Source: Lenisia limosa (lineage: Eukaryota > Protista > Breviatea). Taken from it: 41,733 nucleotides of DNA. The notes beneath the pieces were generated by a model. That model made no database searches. It was not told where the DNA came from and was given only the letters and a program-made list of their open reading frames with translations. The stretch lies in contig LPNZ01008685.1 of assembly GCA_001655205.1 (NCBI GenBank), forward strand, positions 1-41,733. The letters run 5' to 3'. Positions 1-10,349 of the stretch are shown here, one piece after another. The position numbers and the translations under genes were made by a program. Numbering within the stretch: position 1 is the first letter of the stretch; every line of letters begins with the position of its first letter.

Positions 1-113
1 GATAACACAACAAACAAACACCGCCTCCAAGTAGAACAAACAAAAAAACTGGTGAAAAACTGTGACAAAAGTTGACAGTAGTTGTTAGGGCGGTAGGGCT
101 TCTGCCAAGTGAA

Positions 114-2947
114 ATGGGGGCAGGAGCTACAAAGCTTGTCACCCATGTGGATGACCTGATGCAACTAGGATGTGGGAGGGGTGGGTGACTCAGGCTTGTT
201 TGGTTTCATTCTCCTTTCCATGTTTCTGGTCTCTATTAATAATCAGAGGGTCACAGACTGTTTTTTTTTCCCACTCCATAGTCTCCTACACCGAAGTGGA
301 GATTTTGCGACACCAGTTCAACTCATACGATATTGAGCGCACAGGGATGATACCAATTAAGTGCGTTGGGGGTAATTATTGTTAATCAACTGCTCAATAT
401 CAGATATTCCTCTTTGTTTTGTTTGTTTCTTTTTCATAACCCAAGCACACAAGCTCACGTTTCAGGCCTCTTGTAGACCAATTTCCGCAACTCCAAACGT
501 CACCGTACTCTGAGCGAATACTGGGTATGTTAACTCCAAAGCTGTTCCCTCCAAGTTTAGAATACTTGGTTAAGATTTCAATGTTCTTTTGTATTTCTGA
601 CTAAATGAGAGAAGTTGACCCATGATAGAATTGATGCTGGCACGGTCTAAAGAAGAAGCCTCGTCAAAGGAAGTGGAGCCGCCGGTGAAGGCAAAGAAGA
701 AGAGGAAAAAGAAAGGGCAACAAGAGGGTTGGGGGATAATAATATAGTATACATAATACATATACTACATATCATATCATATATAAATATGTTATAGTAT
801 ATATAGTATATATATATATATGATATTCAACTATTACATCAAATTAAATGATATGCCATATCATATATTATATATAATATTATATATCATATATGATATA
901 CTATTATATGATATACTACATTATTACATTATATCATGTGCCCTAGGGATTTCCATTTTCATCATTTTCCCCTGGGATTTTTTTTTTGTTTCTTCCTTTG
1001 TTTCTTTTTTTTATTTTTTTTTTATTTTCAGTGTTCCGAGTGACTTAGAAATGTTGTATGTGAATTTATTTAGAGAGAACATGAATCAAGAAACACGAAA
1101 GAACAACGATAGAAAATTATAAATGTCACTGCCCTAGGAGACGTTGCGGGTGGGTTAGTAGTCCCTGAGACAAATTCTAACCTTTTCGTCGAAAAGAGCA
1201 ACGTCTTTCTCGGAGAAAGATCCCGCTTTGGTACGGGATCTCATCGTATTTTATGTGTGTCAATAAGAAAGAAGAACAACAGAGCGGAGAATCAAAGAGC
1301 AATCAGAGAAAGTACAAGACTTAGACTGAGGGGTTCGCAATCATAGTTGCATCCTCTTTCTCAAGTCCAGAAATACGACTGTCCTTCACAGAGCAAAACC
1401 ACTCCGACCAACCGTCTTTGGGAAATATAAAAAAAGCTGATGAGCTTTCCAACCTGATGCTTCCTTACGTTGGAACCCCCATCTAAGAGAATGGAAACTC
1501 GCTTTCCTTGAATCTTTTTTCCCAATAAAATGATAAATCTAGAAGAGTAGAAAATATCTTCAAAAAGTACGGCAAACCTCAAAACCGCCTCTAAACGCAA
1601 TATTCTTGACAAGCCAGCTATCGGGAGTGAACCAGCTTTAGTCAAAGCAACACTTAAACACTTAATTGTTAGTATATTAGACAGGCAATCAATGACAAAA
1701 ATGTGCTATGCTCCTTAATCATTTGAAATGATAGCCAAAAAAACATGTATACACTGTGCTCCATCATACCAAAGAAATGGGGAGGCAACGGCTGAGCAGG
1801 AGATCGCAAGTATACACATCTACACGAGAAATCCCTCAAGAATGGTGAGATGTTTCACTTCTTCCTTTGGAATATTTTTGGCAGTCTCATGTCAGTACCA
1901 TAGATATTACTAGGCCTCACTGGTGCGTTACCATTATTGCAACTCATCGTGAAATAATAATAAATTTTTTAAAAAAAGGGGGGGAATATAATTTTTTTTC
2001 TTTTTCTCGAAAACAACTTTCGAGGTGTGGGAGGGGGGGGGGTCGTCGGCCGGGTCCGACAGCCACCCACCCAGCCACCCGGAACACTGCTTTTTTTTTT
2101 TTCTTCTTTTTTTCTTCTTTTGTTCATTATCATATACTATAGTAGCTATATATATTTTATTTGATTTTGAATCAGTGCATCCCCAGTCAAAATTTATTAA
2201 TTTGGTATCTGGTCGAAGCCGTCCACACCATCTCTCTTATAAGAGATATGGATTGATATTATAGTTTGCATTATAATGTCTCAGTTCCTCACACAGTAGA
2301 AGCCCCTGTCGTTGAAGACCGGATAGATTTTTTTGCATTCGCGGCCACGCTATTTCTTTTTTCTCAGCACGCCACTCCAGAGCAAAGGCTGAAGGGTTGG
2401 TTTTTGATCCTGTAGTGGGCCACAAATTTGAGCTTGAAAGACATCATTAAATGTTAATCCATGTAATGGTCTTTTTTGACACTTTTAGCGATTTTCTCAG
2501 TGATTGACTTTGATGGTGATGGCATTTTGGAGGCTGATGAGGTTGAAGACTTCATTGCTTTTTTGAACCCTAATATGACTGAGGTCTGAGGGAAAGAGAA
2601 ATAGAGAGTCTTTATTTACTGGCTTTTATGAGATGAGAATCAGCATTGTATTAATAGTGTCAGGAAGAAGTTGGCACTGCAACTAACAAAGTGCTCTTTG
2701 CCGCTGGAGATGATGTATGGGTTGCAGTCATTTTTTTGAAAATCATACCTAAAATTGTGCAGTAATATGAAACCAAATTTATTGCACATATATTTACATC
2801 ACACATATTATCATGATATCATATTATCTTATTATTCTTCAGGACCAAAAGACCAAAATCTCACAGAACTCTTTTGTGGCCTTATTAGTCAATCATCCAG
2901 CTATTCAAAACATGTTTGTTGACCTGAGCTTGGGGACAAAGAAATAG
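114..2947 (+). CDS. Calcineurin B-like / CIB-like EF-hand Ca2+-binding protein, N-myristoylated, multi-exon
   Basis: Manual splicing gives MGAGATKLVTHVDDLMQLG..SYTEVEILRHQFNSYDIERTGMIPIKPLVDQFPQLQTSPYSERILELMLARSKEEASSKEVEPPVKAKKKRKKKGQQEVPHTVEAPVVEDRIDFFAFAATLFLFSQHATPEQRLK..IFSVIDFDGDGILEADEVEDFIAFLNPNMTEEEVGTATNKVLFAAGDDDQKTKISQNSFVALLVNHPAIQNMFVDLSLGTKK*. It has an MG myristoylation start and a canonical EF loop DFDGDGILEADE. Phases are consistent across a 1557-nt intron (728-2284). Confidence 0.8.
740..937. repeat. TA-rich low-complexity intronic island (type example; others at about 2788-2830, 16950-17062, 29753-29905, 32835-32915, 33300-33420, 38790-38822, 41112-41236)
   Basis: Very AT-rich, built from recurring words ATATGATAT/ATATCATAT/TATAGTATA/TATACTA, with few long A or T runs. 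Confidence 0.8.
1126..1947 (-). CDS. Putative nested antisense multi-exon gene, hypothetical protein, inside the long intron of the EF-hand gene
   Basis: Three minus-strand exons join in phase: WFTPDSWLVKNIAFRGGFE|IYHFIGKKDSRKASFHSLRWGFQ|HGWSEWFCSVKDSRISGLEKEDATMIANPS. Flanking GT-AG introns are pyrimidine-rich, and one has a TACTAAC branch point (forward about 1137-1184). The candidate start is MSCNNGNAP (1947). The 5' exon junctions and the last exon are not resolved. Confidence 0.45.
2205..2231. repeat. Dispersed 27-nt motif, copy 1 (GTATCTGGTCGAAGCCGTCCACACCAT)
   Basis: 25/27 identical to 33852-33878, same orientation. Followed by a perfect 14-bp palindrome (2233-2246). Confidence 0.85.
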
Positions 2948-3073
2948 ATCTTTGGTTTCATTCTTCTAACTGATTTTATTATTTATGCTGATTTCTTATT
3001 TTGAATGGGCCTAGCAATCTGTGAATATTGAAAGAATTCTATTTATAAATGCAAATGTACCTTATGAATGGGA

Positions 3074-4542
3074 TCACCACGAAAGTGCTAGGGTAGCCAT
3101 CCAACAAAATACCCAAATTCCAACAAGGTCCATGATCACCTGAAATAGTCAAAAGGAATGAGCGTTTCCTTCACTTTGATAATTTTTGAAGAAATCTCGA
3201 TTCAGACAGTTTGCATACTGGGATTTTCAAATTTCAATTTTCAAATAATCAAATTATAATCAACATATCACTTCACATTTCAGCTGAAAAAGAAAAAAAA
3301 GTTAAAGTCAAAATTTGAAAAAACAATTGAAAATTGAAAAGTCTATGTATGTGACCTGAATATTGAAGCGTCTTTTTGAGATCGGAGCATTTTCTCATCT
3401 TACCTCAATTGTTGGTGGTGATTGCTGAACCGATAATCCAAAAAAGCGAAATGCAAAAGGCAGCAGTACTCCCTACTCAATAAGTTATGTTGCTTTTTTG
3501 TTTTGTCTCCTACCAAAATTGCTCCCATTGAGACAATAACTGCCAAAGACGCTCCAACAACTACTGAGTCCTGAAAAGTACCTTCTTTGAACAGCAGCAC
3601 CCGAAAGAAGCCAACAAGTGCAAGAATCCCACCTAAAAGTTGAAAAGGACATTCACATTCAATTTCACCAAATGCAGAAACCAGAAAGACTATTCAAGTA
3701 ATTGAAACTATGAAAAATTTCACCGATTGTAAACCACTAACCCATAGCTGCTGCAATAACGGCCTGCTCCCAAAACACTCGATTTCTGTTATGTGGACCT
3801 ATTCGTCCCACAGCCAACGAGCAAATCACCTGAATAGTCAAATCCCAATCACAATACATGTTAAACCCATCATACTCGGACTGCACTTTGGTTTCCTGCA
3901 TTACCGCCTGTACCAACCTAATTATTGTCACAAAAAAATTCACAACACTGAACTTTCTCACATTACCTACCATGACTGCCAAAAATGAAGCAACGACAAA
4001 GTTTCTTTTTACTGTGTCCTCGTAGTACTCCAAAATGAGAACACTCATGGACTAAAAGAATAAGCAAAGCAAACGTAAATCTTCAGAAAGCAATTTTCAC
4101 AAACCTGAAGAAGAAGCAATCCAATCAACCAGGGAGCACGTGAAATGAGACCCTCTGAAAGGCTCTGGCAAGTTACCAATACAACATATTTACCACATGT
4201 TTGTAATGAAATGTCACAATTTTAGTAGAAGTTTCAAATTGCATTCAATGCCTCACTTGGAATGGCGAGGTGTCTTTACGCTGAAGGCCACAGTGTGGGT
4301 CTGGCGCGGGAGTCTCGTCTTCAAAAGGACGGTTACATGATGGACAACACTACTTCGTGAGTATGCGTATTATTTGTCATGTTCCAACTATCTGTAGTTA
4401 TGATACTAGGATCAAGTCTTAATCGAAGTGATTTGTACTCCTTCTCATGGTGATTCCATGATGACACAGAAATACCACTAACCTTTTTGATGTCCTGGGG
4501 CATATCAATGATAGCGCTAAGTGGGGTATGTGTCCGTGTCAT
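3074..4542 (-). CDS. mgtE: MgtE-family Mg2+ transporter (membrane domain only)
   Basis: Spliced product contains SRAPWLIGLLLLQ, VGTGGNAGNQSAVRVI (MgtE GGNxGxQ motif), GVLLPFAFRFFG and PPTIEVIMDLVGIWVFCWMATLALSW*, the last with the conserved TM5 Asp. No CBS domains are seen. Confidence 0.8.
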
Positions 4543-4915
4543 CTCAATTTCTGGGAATACCGTAATACCTTTTCCTATAATCTTTCTATTAATTCTTTAT
4601 GCAATATTTATCAAGAGGTACAGGAAATTAAAGTAGGAACAAGGGAAAGAAAAAGGAGGAAGAATGAAACAGTTACCATAACTTACCATAAAGGGAAATT
4701 CAACCGTTGGTTTAGTTAACCAAATGGTCTTTTGAAAAATTTTGTCACTTCGATTTTGCATTGATTATACATACTTATCTGTAATAGCAAAATGAGAAAA
4801 GTAATGAGCTACAGATGTACACCCTTGGACAAATGAAAGAGATTTCTATCAATAAAAAACAGGAAAGATCGCAATCACACTCTTGGTACGGATCAGGAAA
4901 TAATTAAACACTTGA

Positions 4916-7069
4916 CTAATCTTCCTTCTTTTGCTGTTCTGACTTAACCTCAGCTGTTTCCTCTTCATTTATCCATTGAGTGAGCGTCCCATTGGTGAAC
5001 AGCGGCATTGACTTGTGGTGTCGGATGAACTCGGACAAAAACCAGATATTAGCAAGGAAGAAAGCGCATCCTGCATACCTGAAACTGTCATGGGGAGGGG
5101 GGAGGGAGCAAGAAACATAAGAAACTTAGAAGTATCAAGAAGGAAAATTGAAGAAAGTCATTTCCATCGATACTGGAAGCAGACAGAAACCCAACAGACC
5201 ACATTCTCAGGAAGGTGTTTTCACCAACAAACTCAAAGAGATAGGCGTAATACAACCATGTTCCCTGCAGAGTTAAGTGCGAGAACACAACAGTGATACT
5301 AAGAAGTGTATAGATGAAGAAAGAAAATACAGCTTATCCCCTTGTGTTCAGTGTATTACATTGTACTGTCCATTTGAATCATACACCACCTACACAAGTT
5401 CCAGCAAATGCTACACTGAGCATAATGCACTTCTTGATGGTGATAGATGAAGAAGGAATAACGAGGGGAAGAACTGCTAGGTACCACACGAAGTACTGGA
5501 GAGGTTATTGTAATTGCCCAGTTAAGCTGTAACCTTACTTGGATGGTGATGACCTTGTTGTAGGTGACAAAGGCAATTGTTTGGGCAAACACAGTGAAAG
5601 CAAGGTCTCCACGGTATCTGTATGCAATTGCTTGGAGATAAACAAAACAGCGCAACGGACAGCTTACTGATGGTAAGAATGAGCTGAGGGAGGAAGGTTG
5701 CAATAGCAGTTACGGCAGATGAAGGGTCGTCAAAGGTGAGGTAAAGGTAGTAGAAGTAAACAGAGAAGTTGTGGCGGTGGTCTTTTCGCACGATATGGTA
5801 GAGATACGTCTCATAGAGGAATTCCCACCCGTACCTTGTCAGTAAAATGAAAGCACAAGAAAATAAAACACTTACATGAGGTACAGGACACCAGTGAAAA
5901 AGAAAAAGACGGATGCTGAAATAAATGTGAATTTGAAGCGACTAGCAGTGCATTCAAATCGAACTCGATCCCAGAACTTGGTAGGGAAGGCTGTCACCAC
6001 ACTGAACTATGAACTTCTGTTTCACATAATAATAAAAAATAAAACAAAGCGCTTGCACCTCAAATCCTCAAATCCAAAATATGTGCAAGTTCTCAAGATG
6101 CAAGCGTACCCCTCATAGTGGGGTCCAAGAGCGAAGAGATAGGGAATAGCGTAGAGAATGGGGTAGATCTTCAGGTGAACTGAGAGACCTATAGAATCAG
6201 AAAAGTGGGTCATAAGAGGACAAACCATAAAGTACAGCTGATAAAACGAGGCGCTTGGCGGCCAGAGCACAAACAGCACCCACAACAAAAAGGCCAATCT
6301 AAACAATAATCAGAATGATAACCACAGCTCAAGCTGAAAGGGAAGGCTACACTTATCACATTTACCACCAAAAGGAGAAAACACAAAGATGCAACACCAT
6401 CCCGCCAACAATACTCTCGGCATTTCCACGAGTAGAAACGTTGATACAGAGGGGGTTCAAGACATAAAGGGCAACACACCTATTTGTTGATCACATTAGG
6501 AAGAAATAATAACGAAAATGTATATATCAGACCAAACATTAAAGGACTGATGTTGGAAAGAGTCACACCCAATCATTTTCCAGTAAAAATCACGCATTAT
6601 AAAGCTAACTACATGTTAAAGAATTCCTACATAACGGCCTTGGTTCTGTCAATGTTCCGGCTAATGAGAAATCTGTAACACATCCATCCAATGAGAAGGT
6701 CCGCGATGCAAAACACAATCTAAATTATCAGACCATAACACTTGTGGAAAAAGCTTTCCTCTAGCAAACCTTTCCAAAAGACATGAAGAGGAAGATATTC
6801 GGTGTCATAAAGAAGGCACTAAATGAATGATGAGAACTATACAAAACAAAAGAGATGAGAAAGCCGAAATCTTACAGCAGAGGAGTGTAGCGATAGGTTG
6901 TTCTTCTGAATGGTGAATTTCCCTGAGTTACATGACGAGCAGCATCAGTGAAGACTTTGTAGTCAATATCTGTGTACTTCACAACCACTAAAAAGTAAAC
7001 GCCAAGATGACAATCAGGGAAATCAGATAACACCACACAACATACTTGTCCTGTCCTGCCATTCTCCAT
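4916..7069 (-). CDS. PIGM: GPI alpha-1,4-mannosyltransferase I catalytic subunit (PIG-M/GPI14)
   Basis: Hallmark PIG-M segments: [106 protein letters not shown]. Confidence 0.93.
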
Positions 7070-7527
7070 AAATCAAAAACAGAACGCGGATTAAGATTCC
7101 CAGCCACATAACGTGGGATACTGTGACGGAGGACAGCTTGAACATCTTGATGTTGATATGTCAATAATCCCTAAAAAAAATGAACTCTATTTATCTCTCG
7201 AGCAATCCAACCTTCTTCCCCCCTTTTAATTGTAATGGGGAATAAGTATGAGAGAAGAAAAGAAGATAAAGGGGAGAGAAAGAGAGAAAGCGGGGGAAAA
7301 GGCAGCGGATTCCTGTTTTTTGCTTCCCCAGGTTTAATTAAATAAAAGCACTTGTCTCATTTTCATTCCCACATTACCACATACTCTCATATTCTTGTCA
7401 AATTCTCACAAATTCTTGTTCTTTTTAACGATATTTCAATAGGATTTGTGGATCTGTGCTGAAATTTTTGAGTAGTTGTTCCGTGACCCTACCTTTGAAG
7501 CTTTCTAAGCCTGCATAACTGCAAAAA

Positions 7528-9031
7528 ATGTTCAAAAACAGAAAGTAAGGGTCCATTTTTTGTTGAAAACACTAACTGCTCCTAGAACTGCTTTCCCTCT
7601 CAAAGCTAAGGTATGATCAGTTCCCCCTTTTTCTTTGCTGTTTCCTCTTATATTTATTTTTCTCTTATTTTTCTCTTTAGAAAGGCCATGTAACACCCAA
7701 GCATGAAGAATTACATACTGTGTCACAAGAAACTCTTGGATCAGGTTGGGGAAGAAGGTTATTTAGAAACGATATATAAGAAAATAGAACAAGTTCCACA
7801 ATTAAAGTACTCTGAAAAATCTTAAATTAATTGGAATTTAACCTTCAAGGAAACCTTAAGGCGGCAGTAAAGCTTCCCAAGAATGAGGAACTAAATGATT
7901 GGCTTGCTGTTCATGGTGAGCAGTGTTTTATTCGTATTTATTCAGACTCTGTTTTCACGTGCAGTGGTCGATTTCTACAACCAGATCAATATGCTCTATG
8001 CCACTATTTCAGAGTTTTGTACCGATGAAAAATGCCCGCAAATGAATGCTGGATCAGAGTAAGCTGAGAGATGGCTATTTGCTGTACAAAACAATTCTAA
8101 TTTTCAAGAGCCACATATCTGTGGGCTGATGGTGACAAAATTAAGAAGCCGATTGAGTGTTCGGCCCCAGCCTATATTGGTTTGTGAGGAGGGGGGTACC
8201 AGCGAAATTGTGATGGATAACAGGGTCGATGACTAAGAATTATATTTATTTATAATTATTCACATATTAGATTCGTCTCGTTTCTACACTCTTTCCACTG
8301 TCCTATACTAATAATTTCAGACTATCTTATGGAGTGGGCTACCTCAATAATGGAAGACAGTACCATTTTCCCTTCAACAACAGGTATTTTTTTTGTTGTT
8401 GTTGTTTTCATTTCTTATTGCTACATCATTGTCTTTCTTTGATTGCGTATTGCCCACTCTCTTTATTGCGCTTACCTTTACAGATCAACCCTTCCCCAAG
8501 CACTTCCACTCAACAGTCAAGCGTATCTTTAAGGTTGGCTATGTATTGAGTTACCAACCAAATTATGACTGTTAATTCTGTGTTCTTGCTTTAATTTTCC
8601 ATGATCAAATTTTACTCTTGTCAAGCGTTTCTTCCGCGTGTTTGCTCACATGTACCGTGTGCACTTCCAAGATATTGAGTCTCTTGGTATGGGGCTTCTG
8701 AGGATTGACGGGCTCTTCTATCCACTATCTAAGGTCTCATCAACGGCCTTTTCCTTACTATTTCAGGAGAGGTGGCCCATATCAACACAATGTTCAAGGT
8801 AGGTGTTGAAATCTCAACCTATCCATGCCAGTGCATTCATTGCTTACCTCATTTACTGTCACTGACCCCTGCAGCATTTCGCTTTGTTCGTGACAGAGTT
8901 TAATCTTGTGAGCATATCTCTTGAACGTTTTTTGAACCCAAATTTAACCTGTTGTCTTTACTAATCCTCTTTAGATCGACATCAAGGATATGAGTCCCCT
9001 CGAAGAGCGTGTGAACAAAATCCTTGAGTAG
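7528..9031 (+). CDS. MOB1: MOB1 kinase activator
   Basis: Full spliced product: [136 protein letters not shown]. Confidence 0.95.
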
Positions 9032-9184
9032 TTTAATTATCTTCAATAGCAAAAAAAAGCAAATAATAGCTGTACAGTATGGTTTTATCAAGAATGTATT
9101 TTTATGTCCTGAAAGCCGAGTGTTCAAGTAAATAACCCCAAATTATATACATAATTTTTAAATAAAACCAACGAACGAGAACCC

Positions 9185-10059
9185 CTAGTTGAGAGTCATG
9201 TTCATGAACTTCTTCTTAGAGAAGCAGAACCAGTACTTCGACTGAGATCCATCCTCGAGGAAAGCAACTTCACAGAAGCGGTTGGCGCACTCCTTACGGG
9301 CTTCAGTAAAGTATTGACGGAAAGAATCTGGAGATGTGAAAGGAAGTAAAACATTTTAAAAGTGCTGGAAATGATCGAGTGAAAAAAAAAAAAAAAGAGG
9401 GAAGCCGCTTACCGGACTCGCTTCTGGACTCGGGGTCCTTAGCAAAACCACCAAGAGCGAAACCATTGTCACCAGGAACCTTGAAGCCCTGAGAGGTGAG
9501 AAGAAAAGTTGGGAAAAGACACAGCTTCAGAAATTCGCAGCAGACCTGGATAGCATGCTGGAAAAGCTGCTTCTTGGCATCAGCCTTGTTCTTGATGTTC
9601 TGGAGGAATTATTCAAAAGAAGGAATCCACTATCCTCCAAATAAATAATTATAACTCCAAATTCAAACATATGTATCTTAAAAAGTACAAAACTCCGCAT
9701 ACTTGGCACTTAGCGAGGCAAGAAGAAACAAAGAGAGTCATATAGATAAGAGTACGGTCAGCGCCGGTCTTGACCTCGTAGTTGCGGAAAAGAACATTAG
9801 CCTTGAAGAGATTGAAGGTCTCATCAATGATATCGATGTTCTCTGCTGAAAAAAAGTTAATTGTTTTTTGTTTCCTTTTCAAAGTTACCTGATCTCTTGC
9901 CGTCAGTGCGGTGAGGGAGAAGAGAGAAGCCGCAAACCTCACGGCAGTTGGTTTCTGTCAAAGAGCTGTGGTAGGCACCCTATACTGTCAATTCTGCTTA
10001 TATTCATTAACTGAAACTGCAGCAAAGGGATTCATATAAAAAATAATAAAAACAACCAT
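9185..10059 (-). CDS. ARPC3: Arp2/3 complex subunit 3 (p21-Arc)
   Basis: M|GAYHSSL..LLP..DIIDETFNLFKANVLFRNYEVKTGADRTLIYMTLF..FRQYFTEARKE..SKYWFCFSKKKFMNMTLN*. The first exon appears to be the ATG alone. Confidence 0.95.
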
Positions 10060-10349
10060 TCTTACAGTCATTGTGATTTCTTGTAAAGAAAGGGGGGAAA
10101 AGGGACGTAACTGCTAACTAATCAACAACCAAGACGAAAATAAAAAATAAATAAAAATGTTTAAATACAATTTTTCTAATCAAAACTAATCATCTTTTAA
10201 AGAGCTGGAGTGGAGACAGTCAGTGCTTCACCCGATAAATACAAGCAAAATATAGTTTTATTTACCATTTATGTATTAATCACGTAGTATAATGTAGCTA
10301 AGCACAGTGAGTTAGGACTAGATTCTCTTTTCAGAGAACTTGAAGCGCA

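Noticed and set aside
820-1122. Hydrophobic ORFs from the six-frame track over AT-rich or repeat DNA (also 16982-17260, 36818-37336)
   Set aside because: They are translations of low-complexity or tandem-repeat intron sequence with no protein-like features.
944-1136. Third MITE copy (TAGGG at 944, GCCCTA at 1136)
   Set aside because: No target-site duplication, no extended inverted repeat and no internal similarity to copies A and B.
1437-1500. Hammerhead ribozyme core (CTGATGA followed by a TTCCAAC/GTTGGAA stem)
   Set aside because: The stem is not directly flanked by CUGAUGA and GAAA as required, and the segment is better explained as the antisense of a nested exon and intron.
7441-7500. 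snRNA by Sm-site-like AAATTTTTG upstream of MOB1
   Set aside because: No U1, U2, U4 or U5 hallmark (for example the U5 loop GCCTTTTAC). It is more simply the 5' UTR or promoter.
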